A DNA stretch of 64,000 nucleotides from Eledone cirrhosa (GCA_964016885.1 OZ024762.1:10974001-11038000); one strand, 5' to 3'. Positions 15,148-29,705 are shown, counted from the first letter of the stretch. Translations and numbers: made by a program. The notes: a model not told the origin generated them from the letters alone.

Positions 15148-15713
15148 ATATATAGAGAGAGAGAGAGCGAGGTAAGTGTATATACAGATAAGGTGAACAG
15201 GTAGTAAGAGACAGGTAAGTATCAGTTAATGTGTGTGTGTATATATATATATGTATGTATGTATGTGTGTTGGAGCTAGTTGTGGTTGATATACCACTGT
15301 TGATATAACTCAGTTGATATCTCACATTTAATATATCTCAGTTGATATCTCACATTTAATATATCTCAGTTGATATCTCACATTTAATATATCAGTTGAT
15401 ATCTTACATTTAATATCTCTCACTTGATATCACTTTTAATATCATTGTATGTATGTATGTATGTATGTATGTATGTATGTATGTATGTATGTATGTATGT
15501 ATGTATGTATGTATGTATGACGTATGATGTATGTATGACGTACGTATGTATATGCTGGGTCATAGAAATACCCGGTTTGGTGTCCGAGCACACAGTTAGC
15601 CCACCGGTAGTGAGAGACCCCTAGCTCTTGTTAGGGCATGATTCTAGAAGGAAAACTGATTTAAAACCTGGAACTCGACCACAGCCAATGATGTTGACTT
15701 GTTCTTCTATTTG

Positions 15714-15779
15714 GATACCTGTCACCATTGTCCAGAGAGTAGCATTGGTCCAGTACAAGACCCTTCTTATCACCATTGT

Positions 15780-15849
<70 letters not shown>

Positions 15850-18800
15850 GTCCATTGCAAGACCCTTCTTGTCACCATTGTCCAGAGAGTGGGATTGGTC
15901 CATTACAAAACCTTTCTTGTCACCATTGTCCAGAGAGAGAGATTGGTCCATTACAAAACCTTTCTTGTCACCATTGTCCAGAGAGTGAGATTGGTCCAGT
16001 ACAAAACCTTTCTTGTCACCATTGTCCAGAGAGAGGGATTGGTCCATTACAAAACCCTTCTTGTCACCATTGTCCAGAGAGTGGGATTGGTCCATTACAA
16101 AACCTTTCTTGTCACCATTGTCCAGAGAGTGGGATTGGTCCATTACAAAACCTTTCTTGTCACCATTGTCCAGAAAGAGGGATTGGTCCATTACAAAACC
16201 TTTCTTGTCACCATTGTCCAGAGAGAGGGATTGGTCCATTACAAGACCTTTCTTGTCACCATTGTCCAGAGAGAGGGATTGGTCCATTACAAGACCTTTC
16301 TTGTCACCATTGTCCAGAGAGAGGGATTGGTCCATTACAAAACCCTTCTTATCACCATTGTCCAGAGAGAGAGATTGGTCCATTGCAAGACCTTTCTTAT
16401 CACCATTGTCCAGAGAGAGGGATTGGTCCATTACAAAACCCTTCTTATCACCATTGTCCAGAGAGAGAGATTGGTCCATTGCAAGACCTTTCTTATCACC
16501 ATTGTCCAGAGAGAGGGATTGGTCCATTACAAAACCCTTCTTATCACCATTGTCCAGAGAGTGAGATTGGTCCATTACAAGACCTTTCTTATCACCATTG
16601 TCCAGAGAGAGGGATTGGTCCATTACAAAACCCTTCTTATCACCATTGTCCAGAGAGTGAGATTGGTCCATTACAAAACCCTTCTTATCACCATTGTCCA
16701 GAGAGAGGGATTGGTCCATTACAAAACCCTTCTTATCACCATTGTCCAGAGAGTGAGATTGGTCCATTACAAAACCCTTCTTGTCACCATTGTCCAGAGA
16801 GTGAGATTGGTCCATTGCAAGACCTTTCTTGTCACCATTGTCCAGAGAGTGAGATTGGTCCATTGCAAGACCTTTCTTGTCACCATTGTCCAGAGAGTGA
16901 GATTGGTCCATTGCAAGACCTTTCTTGTCACCATTGTCCAGAGAGAGAGATTGGTCCATTGCAAGACCTTTCTTGTCACCATTGTCCAGAGAGTGAGATT
17001 GGTCCATTGCAAGACCTTTCTTGTCACCATTGTCCAGAGAGTGAGATTGGTCCATTGCAAGACCTTTCTTGTCACCATTGTCCAGAGAGTGAGATTGGTC
17101 CATTGCAAGACCTTTCTTGTCACCATTGTCCAGAGAGAGAGATTGGTCCATTGCAAGACCTTTCTTGTCACCATTGTCCAGAGAGTGAGATTGGTCCATT
17201 GCAAGACCTTTCTTGTCACCATTGTCCAGAGAGTGAGATTGGTCCATTGCAAGACCTTTCTTGTCACCATTGTCCAGAGAGTGAGATTGGTCCATTGCAA
17301 GACCTTTCTTGTCACCATTGTCCAGAGAGTGAGATTGGTCCATTGCAAGACCTTTCTTGTCACCATTGTCCAGAGAGTGAGATTGGTCCATTGCAAGACC
17401 TTTCTTGTCACCATTGTCCAGAGAGTGAGATTGGTCCATTGCAAGACCTTTCTTGTCACCATTGTCCAGAGAGTGAGATTGGTCCATTGCAAGACCTTTC
17501 TTGTCACCATTGTCCAGAGAGTGAGATTGGTCCATTGCAAGACCTTTCTTGTCACCATTGTCCAGAGAGTGAGATTGGTCCATTGCAAGACCTTTCTTGT
17601 CACCATTGTCCAGAGAGTGAGATTGGTCCATTGCAAGACCCTTCTTGTCACCATTGTCCAGAGAGTGAGATTGGTCCATTGCAAGACCTTTCTTGTCACC
17701 ATTGTCCAGAGAGTGAGATTGGTCCATTGCAAGACCTTTCTTGTCACCATTGTCCAGAAAGTGAGATTGGTCCATTGCAAGACCCTTCTTATCACCATTG
17801 TCCAGAGAGAGAGATTGGTCCATTGCAAGACCTTTCTTGTCACCATTGTCCAGAGAGTGAGATTGGTCCATTGCAAGACCTTTCTTGTCACCATTGTCCA
17901 GAGAGTGAGATTGGTCCATTGCAAGACCTTTCTTGTCACCATTGTCCAGAGAGTGAGATTGGTCCATTGCAAGACCCTTCTTATCACCATTGTCCAGAGA
18001 GAGAGATTGGTCCATTGCAAGACCTTTCTTGTCACCATTGTCCAGAGAGTGAGATTGGTCCATTGCAAGACCTTTCTTGTCACCATTGTCCAGAGAGTGA
18101 GATTGGTCCATTGCAAGACATTTCTTGTCACCATTGTCCAGAGAGTGAGATTGGTCCATTGCAAGACCCTTCTTATCACCATTGTCCAGAGAGAGAGATT
18201 GGTCCATTGCAAGACCTTTCTTGTCACCATTGTCCAGAGAGTGAGATTGGTCCATTGCAAGACCTTTCTTGTCACCATTGTCCAGAGAGTGGGATTGGTC
18301 CAGAGCAAGACCTTTCTTGTCACCATTGTCCAGAGAGTGAGATTGGTCCATTGCAAGACCCTTCTTATCACCATTGTCCAGAGAGAGAGATTGGTCCATT
18401 GCAAGACCTTTCTTGTCACCATTGTCCAGAGAGTGAGATTGGTCCATTGCAAGACCTTTCTTGTCACCATTGTCCAGAGAGTGAGATTGGTCCATTGCAA
18501 GACCTTTCTTGTCACCATTGTCCAGAGAGTGAGATTGGTCCATTGCAAGACCTTTCTTGTCACCATTGTCCAGAGAGTGAGATTGGTCCATTGCAAGACC
18601 TTTCTTGTCACCATTGTCCAGAGAGTGAGATTGGTCCATTGCAAGACCCTTCTTGTCACCATTGTCCAGAGAGTGAGATTGGTCCATTGCAAGACCTTTC
18701 TTGTCACCATTGTCCAGAGAGTGAGATTGGTCCATTGCAAGACCTTTCTTGTCACCATTGTCCAGAAAGTGAGATTGGTCCATTGCAAGACCCTTCTTAT

Positions 18801-21150
18801 CACCATTGTCCAGAGAGAGAGATTGGTCCATTGCAAGACCTTTCTTGTCACCATTGTCCAGAGAGTGAGATTGGTCCATTGCAAGACCTTTCTTGTCACC
18901 ATTGTCCAGAGAGTGAGATTGGTCCATTGCAAGACCTTTCTTGTCACCATTGTCCAGAGAGTGAGATTGGTCCATTGCAAGACCCTTCTTATCACCATTG
19001 TCCAGAGAGAGAGATTGGTCCATTGCAAGACCTTTCTTGTCACCATTGTCCAGAGAGTGGGATTGGTCCATTGCAAGACCCTTCTTATCACCATTGTCCA
19101 GAGAGAGAGATTGGTCCATTGCAAGACCTTTCTTGTCACCATTGTCCAGAGAGAGAGATTGGTCCATTGCAAGACCCTTCTTATCACCATTGTCCAGAGA
19201 GAGAGATTGGTCCATTGCAAGACCCTTCTTATCACCATTGTCCAGAGAGAGAGATTGGTCCATTGCAAGACCTTTCTTGTCACCATTGTCCAGAGAGTGG
19301 GATTGGTCCATTGCAAGACCCTTCTTATCACCATTGTCCAGAGAGAGAGATTGGTCCATTGCAAGACCTTTCTTGTCACCATTGTCCAGAGAGAGAGATT
19401 GGTCCATTGCAAGACCCTTCTTATCACCATTGTCCAGAGAGAGAGATTGGTCCATTGCAAGACCTTTCTTGTCACCATTGTCCAGAGAGTGGGATTGGTC
19501 CATTGCAAGACCCTTCTTATCACCATTGTCCAGAGAGAGAGATTGGTCCATTGCAAGACCTTTCTTGTCACCATTGTCCAGAGAGAGAGATTGGTCCATT
19601 GCAAGACCCTTCTTATCACCATTGTCCAGAGAGAGAGATTGGTCCATTGCAAGACCTTTCTTGTCACCATTGTCCAGAGAGAGAGATTGGTCCATTGCAA
19701 GACCCTTCTTATCACCATTGTCCAGAGAGAGGGATTGGTCCATTACAAGACCTTTCTTGTCACCATTGTCCAGAGAGAGGGATTGGTCCATTACAAGACC
19801 TTTCTTGTCACCATTGTCCAGAGAGAGGGATTGGTCCATTACAAAACCCTTCTTATCACCATTGTCCAGAGAGAGAGATTGGTCCATTGCAAGACCTTTC
19901 TTATCACCATTGTCCAGAGAGTGAGATTGGTCCATTGCAAGACCTTTCTTGTCACCATTGTCCAGAGAGTGAGATTGGTCCATTGCAAGACCTTTCTTGT
20001 CACCATTGTCCAGAGAGTGAGATTGGTCCATTGCAAGACCTTTCTTGTCACCATTGTCCAGAGAGTGAGATTGGTCCATTGCAAGACCTTTCTTGTCACC
20101 ATTGTCCAGAGAGTGAGATTGGTCCATTGCAAGACCTTTCTTATCACCATTGTCCAGAGAGTGAGATTGGTCCATTGCAAGACCTTTCTTGTCACCATTG
20201 TCCAGAGAGTGAGATTGGTCCATTGCAAGACCTTTCTTATCACCATTGTCCAGAGAGTGAGATTGGTCCATTGCAAGACCTTTCTTGTCACCATTGTCCA
20301 GAGAGTGAGATTGGTCCATTGCAAGACCTTTCTTGTCACCATTGTCCAGAGAGTGAGATTGGTCCATTGCAAGACCTTTCTTATCACCATTGTCCAGAGA
20401 GTGAGATTGGTCCATTGCAAGACCTTTCTTGTCACCATTGTCCAGAGAGTGAGATTGGTCCATTGCAAGACCTTTCTTGTCACCATTGTCCAGAGAGTGA
20501 GATTGGTCCATTGCAAGACCTTTCTTGTCACCATTGTCCAGAGAGTGAGATTGGTCCATTGCAAGACCTTTCTTATCACCATTGTCCAGAGAGTGAGATT
20601 GGTCCATTGCAAGACCTTTCTTGTCACCATTGTCCAGAGAGTGAGATTGGTCCATTGCAAGACCTTTCTTATCACCATTGTCCAGAGAGTGAGATTGGTC
20701 CATTGCAAGACCTTTCTTGTCACCATTGTCCAGAGAGTGAGATTGGTCCATTGCAAGACCTTTCTTGTCACCATTGTCCAGAGAGTGAGATTGGTCCATT
20801 GCAAGACCTTTCTTATCACCATTGTCCAGAGAGTGAGATTGGTCCATTGCAAGACCTTTCTTGTCACCATTGTCCAGAGAGTGAGATTGGTCCATTGCAA
20901 GACCTTTCTTGTCACCATTGTCCAGAGAGTGAGATTGGTCCATTGCAAGACCCTTCTTATCACCATTGTCCAGAGAGAGGGATTGGTCCATTGCAAGACC
21001 TTTCTTGTCACCATTGTCCAGAGAGTGAGATTGGTCCATTGCAAGACCTTTCTTGTCACCATTGTCCAGAGAGAGGGATTGGTCCATTGCAAGACCTTTC
21101 TTATCACCATTGTCCAGAGAGTGAGATTGGTCCAGTGCAAGACCTTTCTT
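15714..21150. repeat. 48-bp minisatellite, ~112 copies (gtcaccattgtccagagagtgagattggtccattgcaagacctttctt)
   Basis: Direct tandem periodicity of 48 bp; one unit has an expanded (GA)n at 15782-15846. Confidence 0.97.
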
Positions 21151-21354
21151 CAATCACAGACATCACTTGATCTAAACAACTTTCACGTGGGCAGGGCTTT
21201 TCTTTTTCTCTTTCACTGCAACATATGCAGAGAGGAATCTAAGTCCTTGGATGGGCTACACAGCCATGTTCGTGCCACCCATGTATGGGGAAAAGGTCAA
21301 GGGATGGCAAGTCTTGAAACCGAAATGCACCCATTCTATGTATGAATGTATACA

Positions 21355-21504
<150 letters not shown>

Positions 21505-21706
21505 TGTGTATATGTATATATATATATGTGTGTGTGTATATGTATATATATATATGTGTGTGTGTATATGTATATATACATTTGTATATGTATATACATG
21601 TGTATATATATATACATGTGTATATATATATACATGTGTATATATATATACATGTGTGTATATATATACATGTGTGTATATATATACATGTGTGTATATA
21701 TATACA

Positions 21707-21745
<39 letters not shown>

Positions 21746-21781
21746 GTGTGTATATATATACACGTGTGTATATATATACAC

Positions 21782-21817
<36 letters not shown>

Positions 21818-21853
21818 GAAATTATAGAAATTATTGTGAGCGTGAAGCCAACA

Positions 21854-21899
<46 letters not shown>

Positions 21900-22242
21900 A
21901 CACATATATATGCTATAAACCAGGAAGTACAATTGACTGTGTAAGCCAGGTCACTGCGACACGGCAGACAACGCCCTTATCGCTCTGTTTGTGACTTGCT
22001 TATATTCAGTTCTTGTATAGCTGTTGCATATACACCCCGCCGTCTGTTTCACTCTCTATATACATACATACCTACATACAAAGATACCTATATACAAACA
22101 TACATACATACCTACAAACACGCCTCTCTCTCTCTCTTTATATATATACATACACACACACCTACTACGTATATATATATAATTGTTTCTACATTTGGCA
22201 CAAGGCCAGCAATTACCAGGTGTATTACTAGTACTTTATATG

Positions 22243-22274
<32 letters not shown>

Positions 22275-22445
22275 TAGAGAGGTGTTCATACATATACAGT
22301 TTTATATCTATCTATCTATCTGTTAAGTATTTCCGTAGAAAAGGTAAAGAAAGGAAGAGTGCTCTATGTATTGTACAGAGCTATTTAATTACATAATAAA
22401 TAATGGAATAATTATATTGTGTTGTTTATTATATAATCTCTCCCC

Positions 22446-22495
<50 letters not shown>

Positions 22496-22498
<3 letters not shown>

Positions 22499-22750
22499 CG
22501 GATGTACAACAGTACGTTCTCATCAGACAAAATATAATGATACATGACATACCCTGATGTTAAATGGTTAAGATTTAATCAAGGTAATCTACCTTGATTA
22601 AATCTTAACCATTTAACATCTCAGGGTATGTCATGTATCATTATATTTTGTCTGAAGAGGACGTACTGTTGTACCTCCGAAATATGTATAATAAAATGTA
22701 ATTGATCAAAAGAACATCTATTTTATTAATATTTGTATTTTAATATTAAT
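22496..22750. mobile_element. Penelope-like fold-back fragment with a hammerhead in each arm
   Basis: Near-perfect inverted repeat centred at ~22589. Right arm reads CTGAAGA GGACGTAC TGTT GTACCTCC GAAA TATG TA TAATAAAAT (22652-22698); left arm has the mirror motif. Related copies at 14540-14760 and 26245-26312. Confidence 0.7.
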
Positions 22751-22924
22751 AACTCTGGAAAAATATTTCTCGTAGAGTGCTTCCAATCTACTGTAAAACT
22801 CATTCTTTGATATACTCATTGAATCTTGTTTAACTCTTTAATATATATATATAAGTACGTTATTCCGGGTTGAATCGGAGGTAACCACAGTAAGTAAGGT
22901 ACTCAATACATTGCAGAGTATAAA

Positions 22925-23007
22925 AGTTTTAATATAGATGAGATTCCTGATGATTTCTAAAGAATGAAACAGTTCTAGTCCTGTAGAATCTCATCTATAT
23001 TAAAACT
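22925..23007 (+). ncRNA. Type I hammerhead ribozyme (second copy at 55745-55797; truncated relatives at 1030-1105 and 24400-24500)
   Basis: GAGAUUC-CUGAUGA-UUUC UAAA GAAU-GAA-ACAG UUCUAGUC CUGU-A/GAAUCUC. All three helices can form; GUA triplet at 22983-22985. Confidence 0.78.
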
Positions 23008-23897
23008 ATATATATATACACATATTCACTTGTATAAGTATGAATACCTGTCTATGTATCAATACAACGAAGGAAGTGTGGTAAGGAACCAGGTGGACCA
23101 TAACACACGGGAGTACTCAATACTTAGGGTAGTAGAGTGGGTAATAGGAAAGAGCTCTGCCGTCGGGGTCATACATTTTCCTATGTATCAATACATATAT
23201 ATATTTGTGTGTATCGACGATAGATGTACAAGTGGTGGTATTAGTGGTGGTGGTGGTGGTAATAGTGGTGGTGGTGGTAGTAGTAGTGGTGGTGGTAGTA
23301 GTGACGTTAATAAAACATAATTACAATAAAATAAATTATTATGTGAAAATACTCCGACTTGGAGAAGACATCACGTTTATAGACATTGTTGTTACAGCAA
23401 CAACAGCAGTGTCGGCATTAAGGTGATCATCACGTTTATAGACATTGTTGTTACAACAACAACAACAACAACAACAGGAGTGTCGGCATTAAGGTGAACA
23501 TCACGTTTATACAGACATTTCTTCTAAAGACACGGTCATTGTTGGTGATGCTTCACCAACTTGCTGACGTCAGTGGAAAAACAAAGACTGACGGAATATG
23601 TGTGTATGTATATATATATATATATATTTACATATATATATACACACATATATATACACACATATATATATATATATTTACATATATACACACACACATA
23701 TATATATACACACATATATATATATATAGATATATATACACACACACACACACATACATATACACACATACACATATATACACACACACATATATAGATA
23801 TATATATACACACACACATATATATAGATATATAAATACACACACATATATATAGATATATAAATACACACACACACACATATATAGATATATAAAT

Positions 23898-23940
<43 letters not shown>

Positions 23941-23967
23941 TATATAGATATATATATATACACACAC

Positions 23968-23998
<31 letters not shown>

Positions 23999-24029
23999 TA
24001 TATATATACATTATATGTGTGTGAGTGTG

Positions 24030-24060
<31 letters not shown>

Positions 24061-24806
24061 ATGTATGTATAATGTGTGCCTAATGGGGTGTGTATATGTA
24101 AAAGAAAGAAAGAGAGAGCGAGGGGGAGAGGTTAACGGAATTTTCCAGAAAGCATCTCCCCCCTCCCTCCCTTGCTATTATGGCTCTGTAAATATTGGGT
24201 CAACTTGAGCTGTGAGGGAAAAAACCCAATAACGACCTACATACCACATTCACACACACACACAAATATGTTATATGAATATAACATATATATATATATA
24301 TTGTTATACTTGGGGAGGGTCATATTGTTATAATATAAAGTATATTTGTTTCGACACACGAATTCATATCAAAAGCCTTGCAAATCATATATATATATAG
24401 TTTTAATATAGATGAGATTCTACAGGACTAGAACTGTTTCAATGATTTCTAAAGAATGAAACAGTTCTCGTCCTGTAGAATCTCATCTATATTAAAACTG
24501 TTATACTCTGCTATGTATTGAGTACCTTACTTACTGTGGTTACCTCCGATTCAACCCGGAATAACGTACCTATATATATAAATGTGTGTGCGCATATATT
24601 TATGTATGTATATATATACATATATATATGTGAGTGTGTGTATGTGTGCGTGTATATATATAAAGTAATTATATCAGATGTGTACTTTAAGCTTAATATA
24701 GTAATCATTGTGAAATAAGCCTGTGTTAATTAACTAATTAAGTTAAGTAATCCTTTTCACAATCCAGTCATTTGCTACCTCCACCACCCCCCAGTGTCTG
24801 TGTGTG

Positions 24807-24838
<32 letters not shown>

Positions 24839-25077
24839 TAAACAGACACATATTTATAAATAAATATATATATGAGAATGTGTGCGTGTATGTGAATGTA
24901 TATATAAATAAATAAATTCCATTGTTAATTAATAAATAAATCAACTAATACCTTAACACATCACACAAAGTAAAATATTTCGTTTTAATCATTTTCTAAC
25001 CCAGAAAAAAAAGAGAAATAAAAAGGGGAAAAATATATTTTTCTTCCTAATAATCGTCTTTCTCTCCCTGTTTTCAT

Positions 25078-25115
<38 letters not shown>

Positions 25116-25459
25116 CCCACACACACATACATACATACATACATACATACATACATACATACATGCATGCACATTAAATCATATAATATTTAGTTTGTCA
25201 CATTATTATTAAATTATTACTATTACTATTCTGGGTCAATGAACGAATGTAAAAAAACAACTAAACAAGAACGAGAAACAAAACCAGAAGAAAAACACGA
25301 ACTAAAACCTAAAGAAAATAAAGGAAAAAGCTATAAAAACAAAAACATGTCAAAACATTTCGTTTCGGCTGTCGTCCATTCATTGGTGATATAACTATTA
25401 TATCAATGGAGTTGTCACATTTCACTTTACTACTACTACTGTTGTTACTGTTACTACTT

Positions 25460-25497
<38 letters not shown>

Positions 25498-26355
25498 GTT
25501 GTTACTATATATATATATAATTGTTTCTACTTTTGGCACAAGGCCAGCAATTATCCAGTGCATTACTGGTACTTTATTTTATCGACCCCGTAAGGATGAA
25601 AGGCAAAGTCAATCTCGGCGGGATTTGAACTCAGATCGTAAAGAGACGACGCCATGCTTTCCAGCATAGTTACGTCCCTTTACGATCTGAGTTCAAATCC
25701 CGCCGAGGTTGACTTTGCCTTTCATCCTTACGGGGTCGATAAAATAAAGTACCAGTAATGCACTGGTTGATTGCTGGCCTTGTGCCTAAAGTAGAAACAA
25801 TTATATATATATATATATAATCAAGGTATGAATATATTATTATTTAAATTAACAGTTATAGAAGTTTATGTATTATATATTATTAATTATTTGCGGTGGA
25901 TTGGCAGTATCGGTAGAGGGTCGGACGCCATGCTTTGACGTATAGAGTTACGGCCCTTGCCATTCTGAGTTCAAATCCCGTCGAGGTTAACTTTGCCTTT
26001 TATCCCTACGGGATCGATAAAATAAAGTACCAGTAATGTACTGGGTATTTGCTGCCCTTGTGCCCAAAAAAGAAACAATTAATTATTTATATATCTCTTT
26101 ACACATTCTCATACGCACCCTCTGTATTATATGTAATATTTCATGTTTCAACTTAAGGTATATAAATATCGAGTTTTGTCATAACTAATCACTGCCATGA
26201 CTAAATTATAACCATCAACATAGTCAAGGTATGTCAAGCATCAACTTATTTTATCTGAAGAGGACGTACTGTTGAAATAGCTCAGTATCTCTGAAATATG
26301 TATAAGAAAATATATTTCTGATTCAGAGCACTCGACAAATTTCTGAAGTAAGTAT

Positions 26356-26638
26356 TCAATGATATTAAATAAATGGAAACTATATTTATTCCATTATATA
26401 TATTTCAAGGGTACCAAACATTTTGGTACGCTATCATCAGATAAAATACAAAATGTTTTATAAATATTTTCCAGGGATAACTTGAACCGTTCAGGTATAT
26501 CATCCTTGGTCATGTCAAATATTTATAAAACATTTTGTATTTTATCTGATGATAGCGTACCAAAATTGTTGGTACCCTTGAAATATATATAATAGAATAA
26601 ATATGGTTTTATAAATATAGTTTCCATTTATTTAATAT

Positions 26639-26708
<70 letters not shown>

Positions 26709-26875
26709 GATATTAACAAATGGAAACTATATTTATAAAGCCATATTTATTTTATTATATATATTTCAAGGACACCACGTTAAATTATGGTCTGCTTTCA
26801 TCAGACAAAATACAATATAGATCAGTTTTATAAATAAATATTGACATACCCTTAAAAAATGCAACCATTACTGTT
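26356..26875. mobile_element. Cluster of Penelope-like hammerhead-bearing fragments (fold-back 26356-26642; single minus arm ~26708-26870)
   Basis: CTGATGA TAGC GTACCAA..TTGGTAC CCTT GAAA TATA TA and inverted copies. The same family occurs at 14851-15147 and, degenerate, at 29850-30008. Confidence 0.65.
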
Positions 26876-27367
26876 GGAAGCTCCCGGATAGTGGAGTTGT
26901 TTACTTATATTATTATTACATTACTGGTACTTTATTTTATCGACCCCGTAAGGATGAAAGGCAAAGTTAACCTCGGCGGGATTTGAACTCAGATCATAAA
27001 GGGACGTAACTCTATGCTTCAAAGCAAAGTGTCCGACTCGTAAAATTCACGTCTAAGTGTCTGAGCATTCAAAGGCACGTGTAACTTTCACGTAATCCTC
27101 AGGAAGATTCACTGTGACTAGGCCAGCTCCTAGAATTACAGGCACAACTCATATTCGCCAGCTGAGTGAACTATATATATATATATAAATAGGATGCGTC
27201 CATAGGCGGTATGCCGGTTGAGCACTCTATGCTCATACGGAGCAGAGTATGATAAAATGGAAAACGAAATATTTGTGGTGGTGATGGTGGGGATGATAAT
27301 GATTTGTTATGATAAACAGTTCGGGTTATATAATCTGTGTGCTGTGTGTATTGTGCCCCCCGCCCCA

Positions 27368-27408
<41 letters not shown>

Positions 27409-29284
27409 TATTTATTAAAATAACAGATTAAAGTTTAATCAAAGAATCGCTGTTTTCACCCTTATATTTGCTCTATGGTTCTTATATATTTGATATATAT
27501 TTATCCTTATCGAGCCCTCTTTAATAAAATGGAGCCATGCAAGGAACGCACGTTTCGTTGGCCTGGGGGAGCAACGTTTTCAACCCGTGGCGGGTGAAAG
27601 TGAAGCGAAGGCCAACAAAACGTCCGTTCCAGGTATGGCTGCCTCGCAGTAACAGGTCTTAATAATAAATATTAAAACTCGCCCTACGAATTACCTACTC
27701 CCGACCTTGGCTGAAACAAATTATTGCCACTATGTTTGGTACAAAGCTCCATGTGTTTGTCTGGTGCAAGATAGGAGAGATATTTTTAAATAGAGAGATA
27801 GGCGCAAACAGAGGGCATATTCAGCCAAAGTAGATAGGTTTTTTTTTTTTTAACACAGTTAATAAATTAAGGACCTCTTAGCTTTTTCTTTGGTCATATG
27901 TGGTCATGCGTGTGTGTGAGAGTGTGTGTGTGAGTGTGTGAGTGTGTGAGTGTGTGTGTGTGAGTGTGTGTGAGTGAGTGTGTGTTTGTGTTTGTGTGAG
28001 TGTTTGTGTGTGAGTGTTTGTGTGAGTGTGTGTGTTTGTGTGTGTGAGTGTTTGTGTGTGTGAGTGTTTGTGTGTGTGAGTGTTTGTGTGTGTGAGTGTG
28101 TGTGTTTGTGTGTGTTAGTGTGTGTGTTTGTGTGAGTGTGTATGTTTGTGTGCTTGTGTGTGTGTGTGAGTGTGTGAGTAAGTGAGTGTGTGTGAGTGTG
28201 TGAGTAAGTGAGTGTTTGTGTGTATGTGTGTGTGAGAGTGAGTGTGTGTGAGCGAGCGTGTGTAATCTTCGGCTTTCCGTCCATTGAAATAATTATCTGA
28301 ATAAATTTTATCAATTAACTGAAATCTTTTGTTTGTTAATGAGAGAAGCACAGGAATGAATCGGACGAAAGAAAGACGAGCCCCCCCCCCCCATACACAC
28401 ATCTACAGGTGCTACACCCTCCCCACCACACACACACAGACGCGTCCCACAGACATCGAAGCATACAACTATACACATATACATAACTATAGACACATAT
28501 AGACATACAGAGGTGTATAACTATACACACATACATACATACATGTATAAATTCACACACATACATACATACATACATACAAAGGTGTATAACTAAACAC
28601 ACACACATACAAAGGTGTATAACTTCACACACACACACATAGAGGTACATAACTATACACACATACAAAGGTGCATAACTACACACATACACACATACAT
28701 ATATACATACAGAGGTGTATAACTATACACATACACACACATATGCATACAGAGGTGTATAACTATACACATACATACAGAGGTGTATAAATTCACGCAC
28801 ATACATACAGAGGTGTATAACTATACACATACAAAGGTGCATAACTATACACACACCCATACATAGAGGTGCATAACCATACACACGTATACACAGGCGC
28901 GTCCCACACGCATACAGATGCGTGTATCCCCATACAGAGACACATAGAGAAGTACATACCCATATACACATACATATATATACAGACGGATGCGTTCGCC
29001 ACCAGACAGGCACACAGACACACACACATATAGAGGTACATACCCATACACGCATACACACACATATGTACCTCCCCCTCCCACCACACGAAGCAGTAAG
29101 CTAGTCCATCAGCAGAGAGGCAGAGATGTGGTTTAAGGTGAGGAGAAGTGAAAGGAGACAGACAAAGGAAGGAATGGAATGCCAGCATCAATAATGAAAG
29201 ATTTTATTTATTTCTCAATTAGTCTTTCACGTTCACCCCCTCCCTCTCTTGTTTTGTTCCAGTCAATATTATGGGAATTAGATG

Positions 29285-29326
<42 letters not shown>

Positions 29327-29561
29327 GATCGAGTATCGAAAAATCGGCGCACGAGTTCACGATAAACAAAATTCGAAATGAGCGGCAGAGGGCTCAATAA
29401 TTCAGATGAATCAGAGCTATAACTATCGTTAAAATACCGTCACATATAGAACAAGTCTACAATCAACCATACGATAAAAAATCGATAATAGAAGATTCGG
29501 GACAAACAGATAAAAAATATCAATAAAACAATACATCAATAATTTAAATGAATGTAAAATC

Positions 29562-29597
<36 letters not shown>

Positions 29598-29705
29598 GGG
29601 AACCTAATAAACTACCATTTGTACTGCCTCTGTTTTTTGTTCCTGTGTAATATTTAACTATAATTAAATATCTCTTATACACACACACACATTATATATA
29701 TATAA

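Noticed and set aside
15553-15626. Possible HDV-like ribozyme at the 5' side of the RTE-like remnant
   Set aside because: Nested stems are visible (gggtc/gaccc, ccggt/accgg), but I could not build the double-pseudoknot by eye.
15628-21345. 1800-1900 aa ORFs on both strands (His/Cys-rich, DNGDKKG repeats)
   Set aside because: A 48-bp unit keeps frame and happens to lack stops in several frames at once. There is no codon-position bias in the variants and no splice context, so these are satellite by-products.
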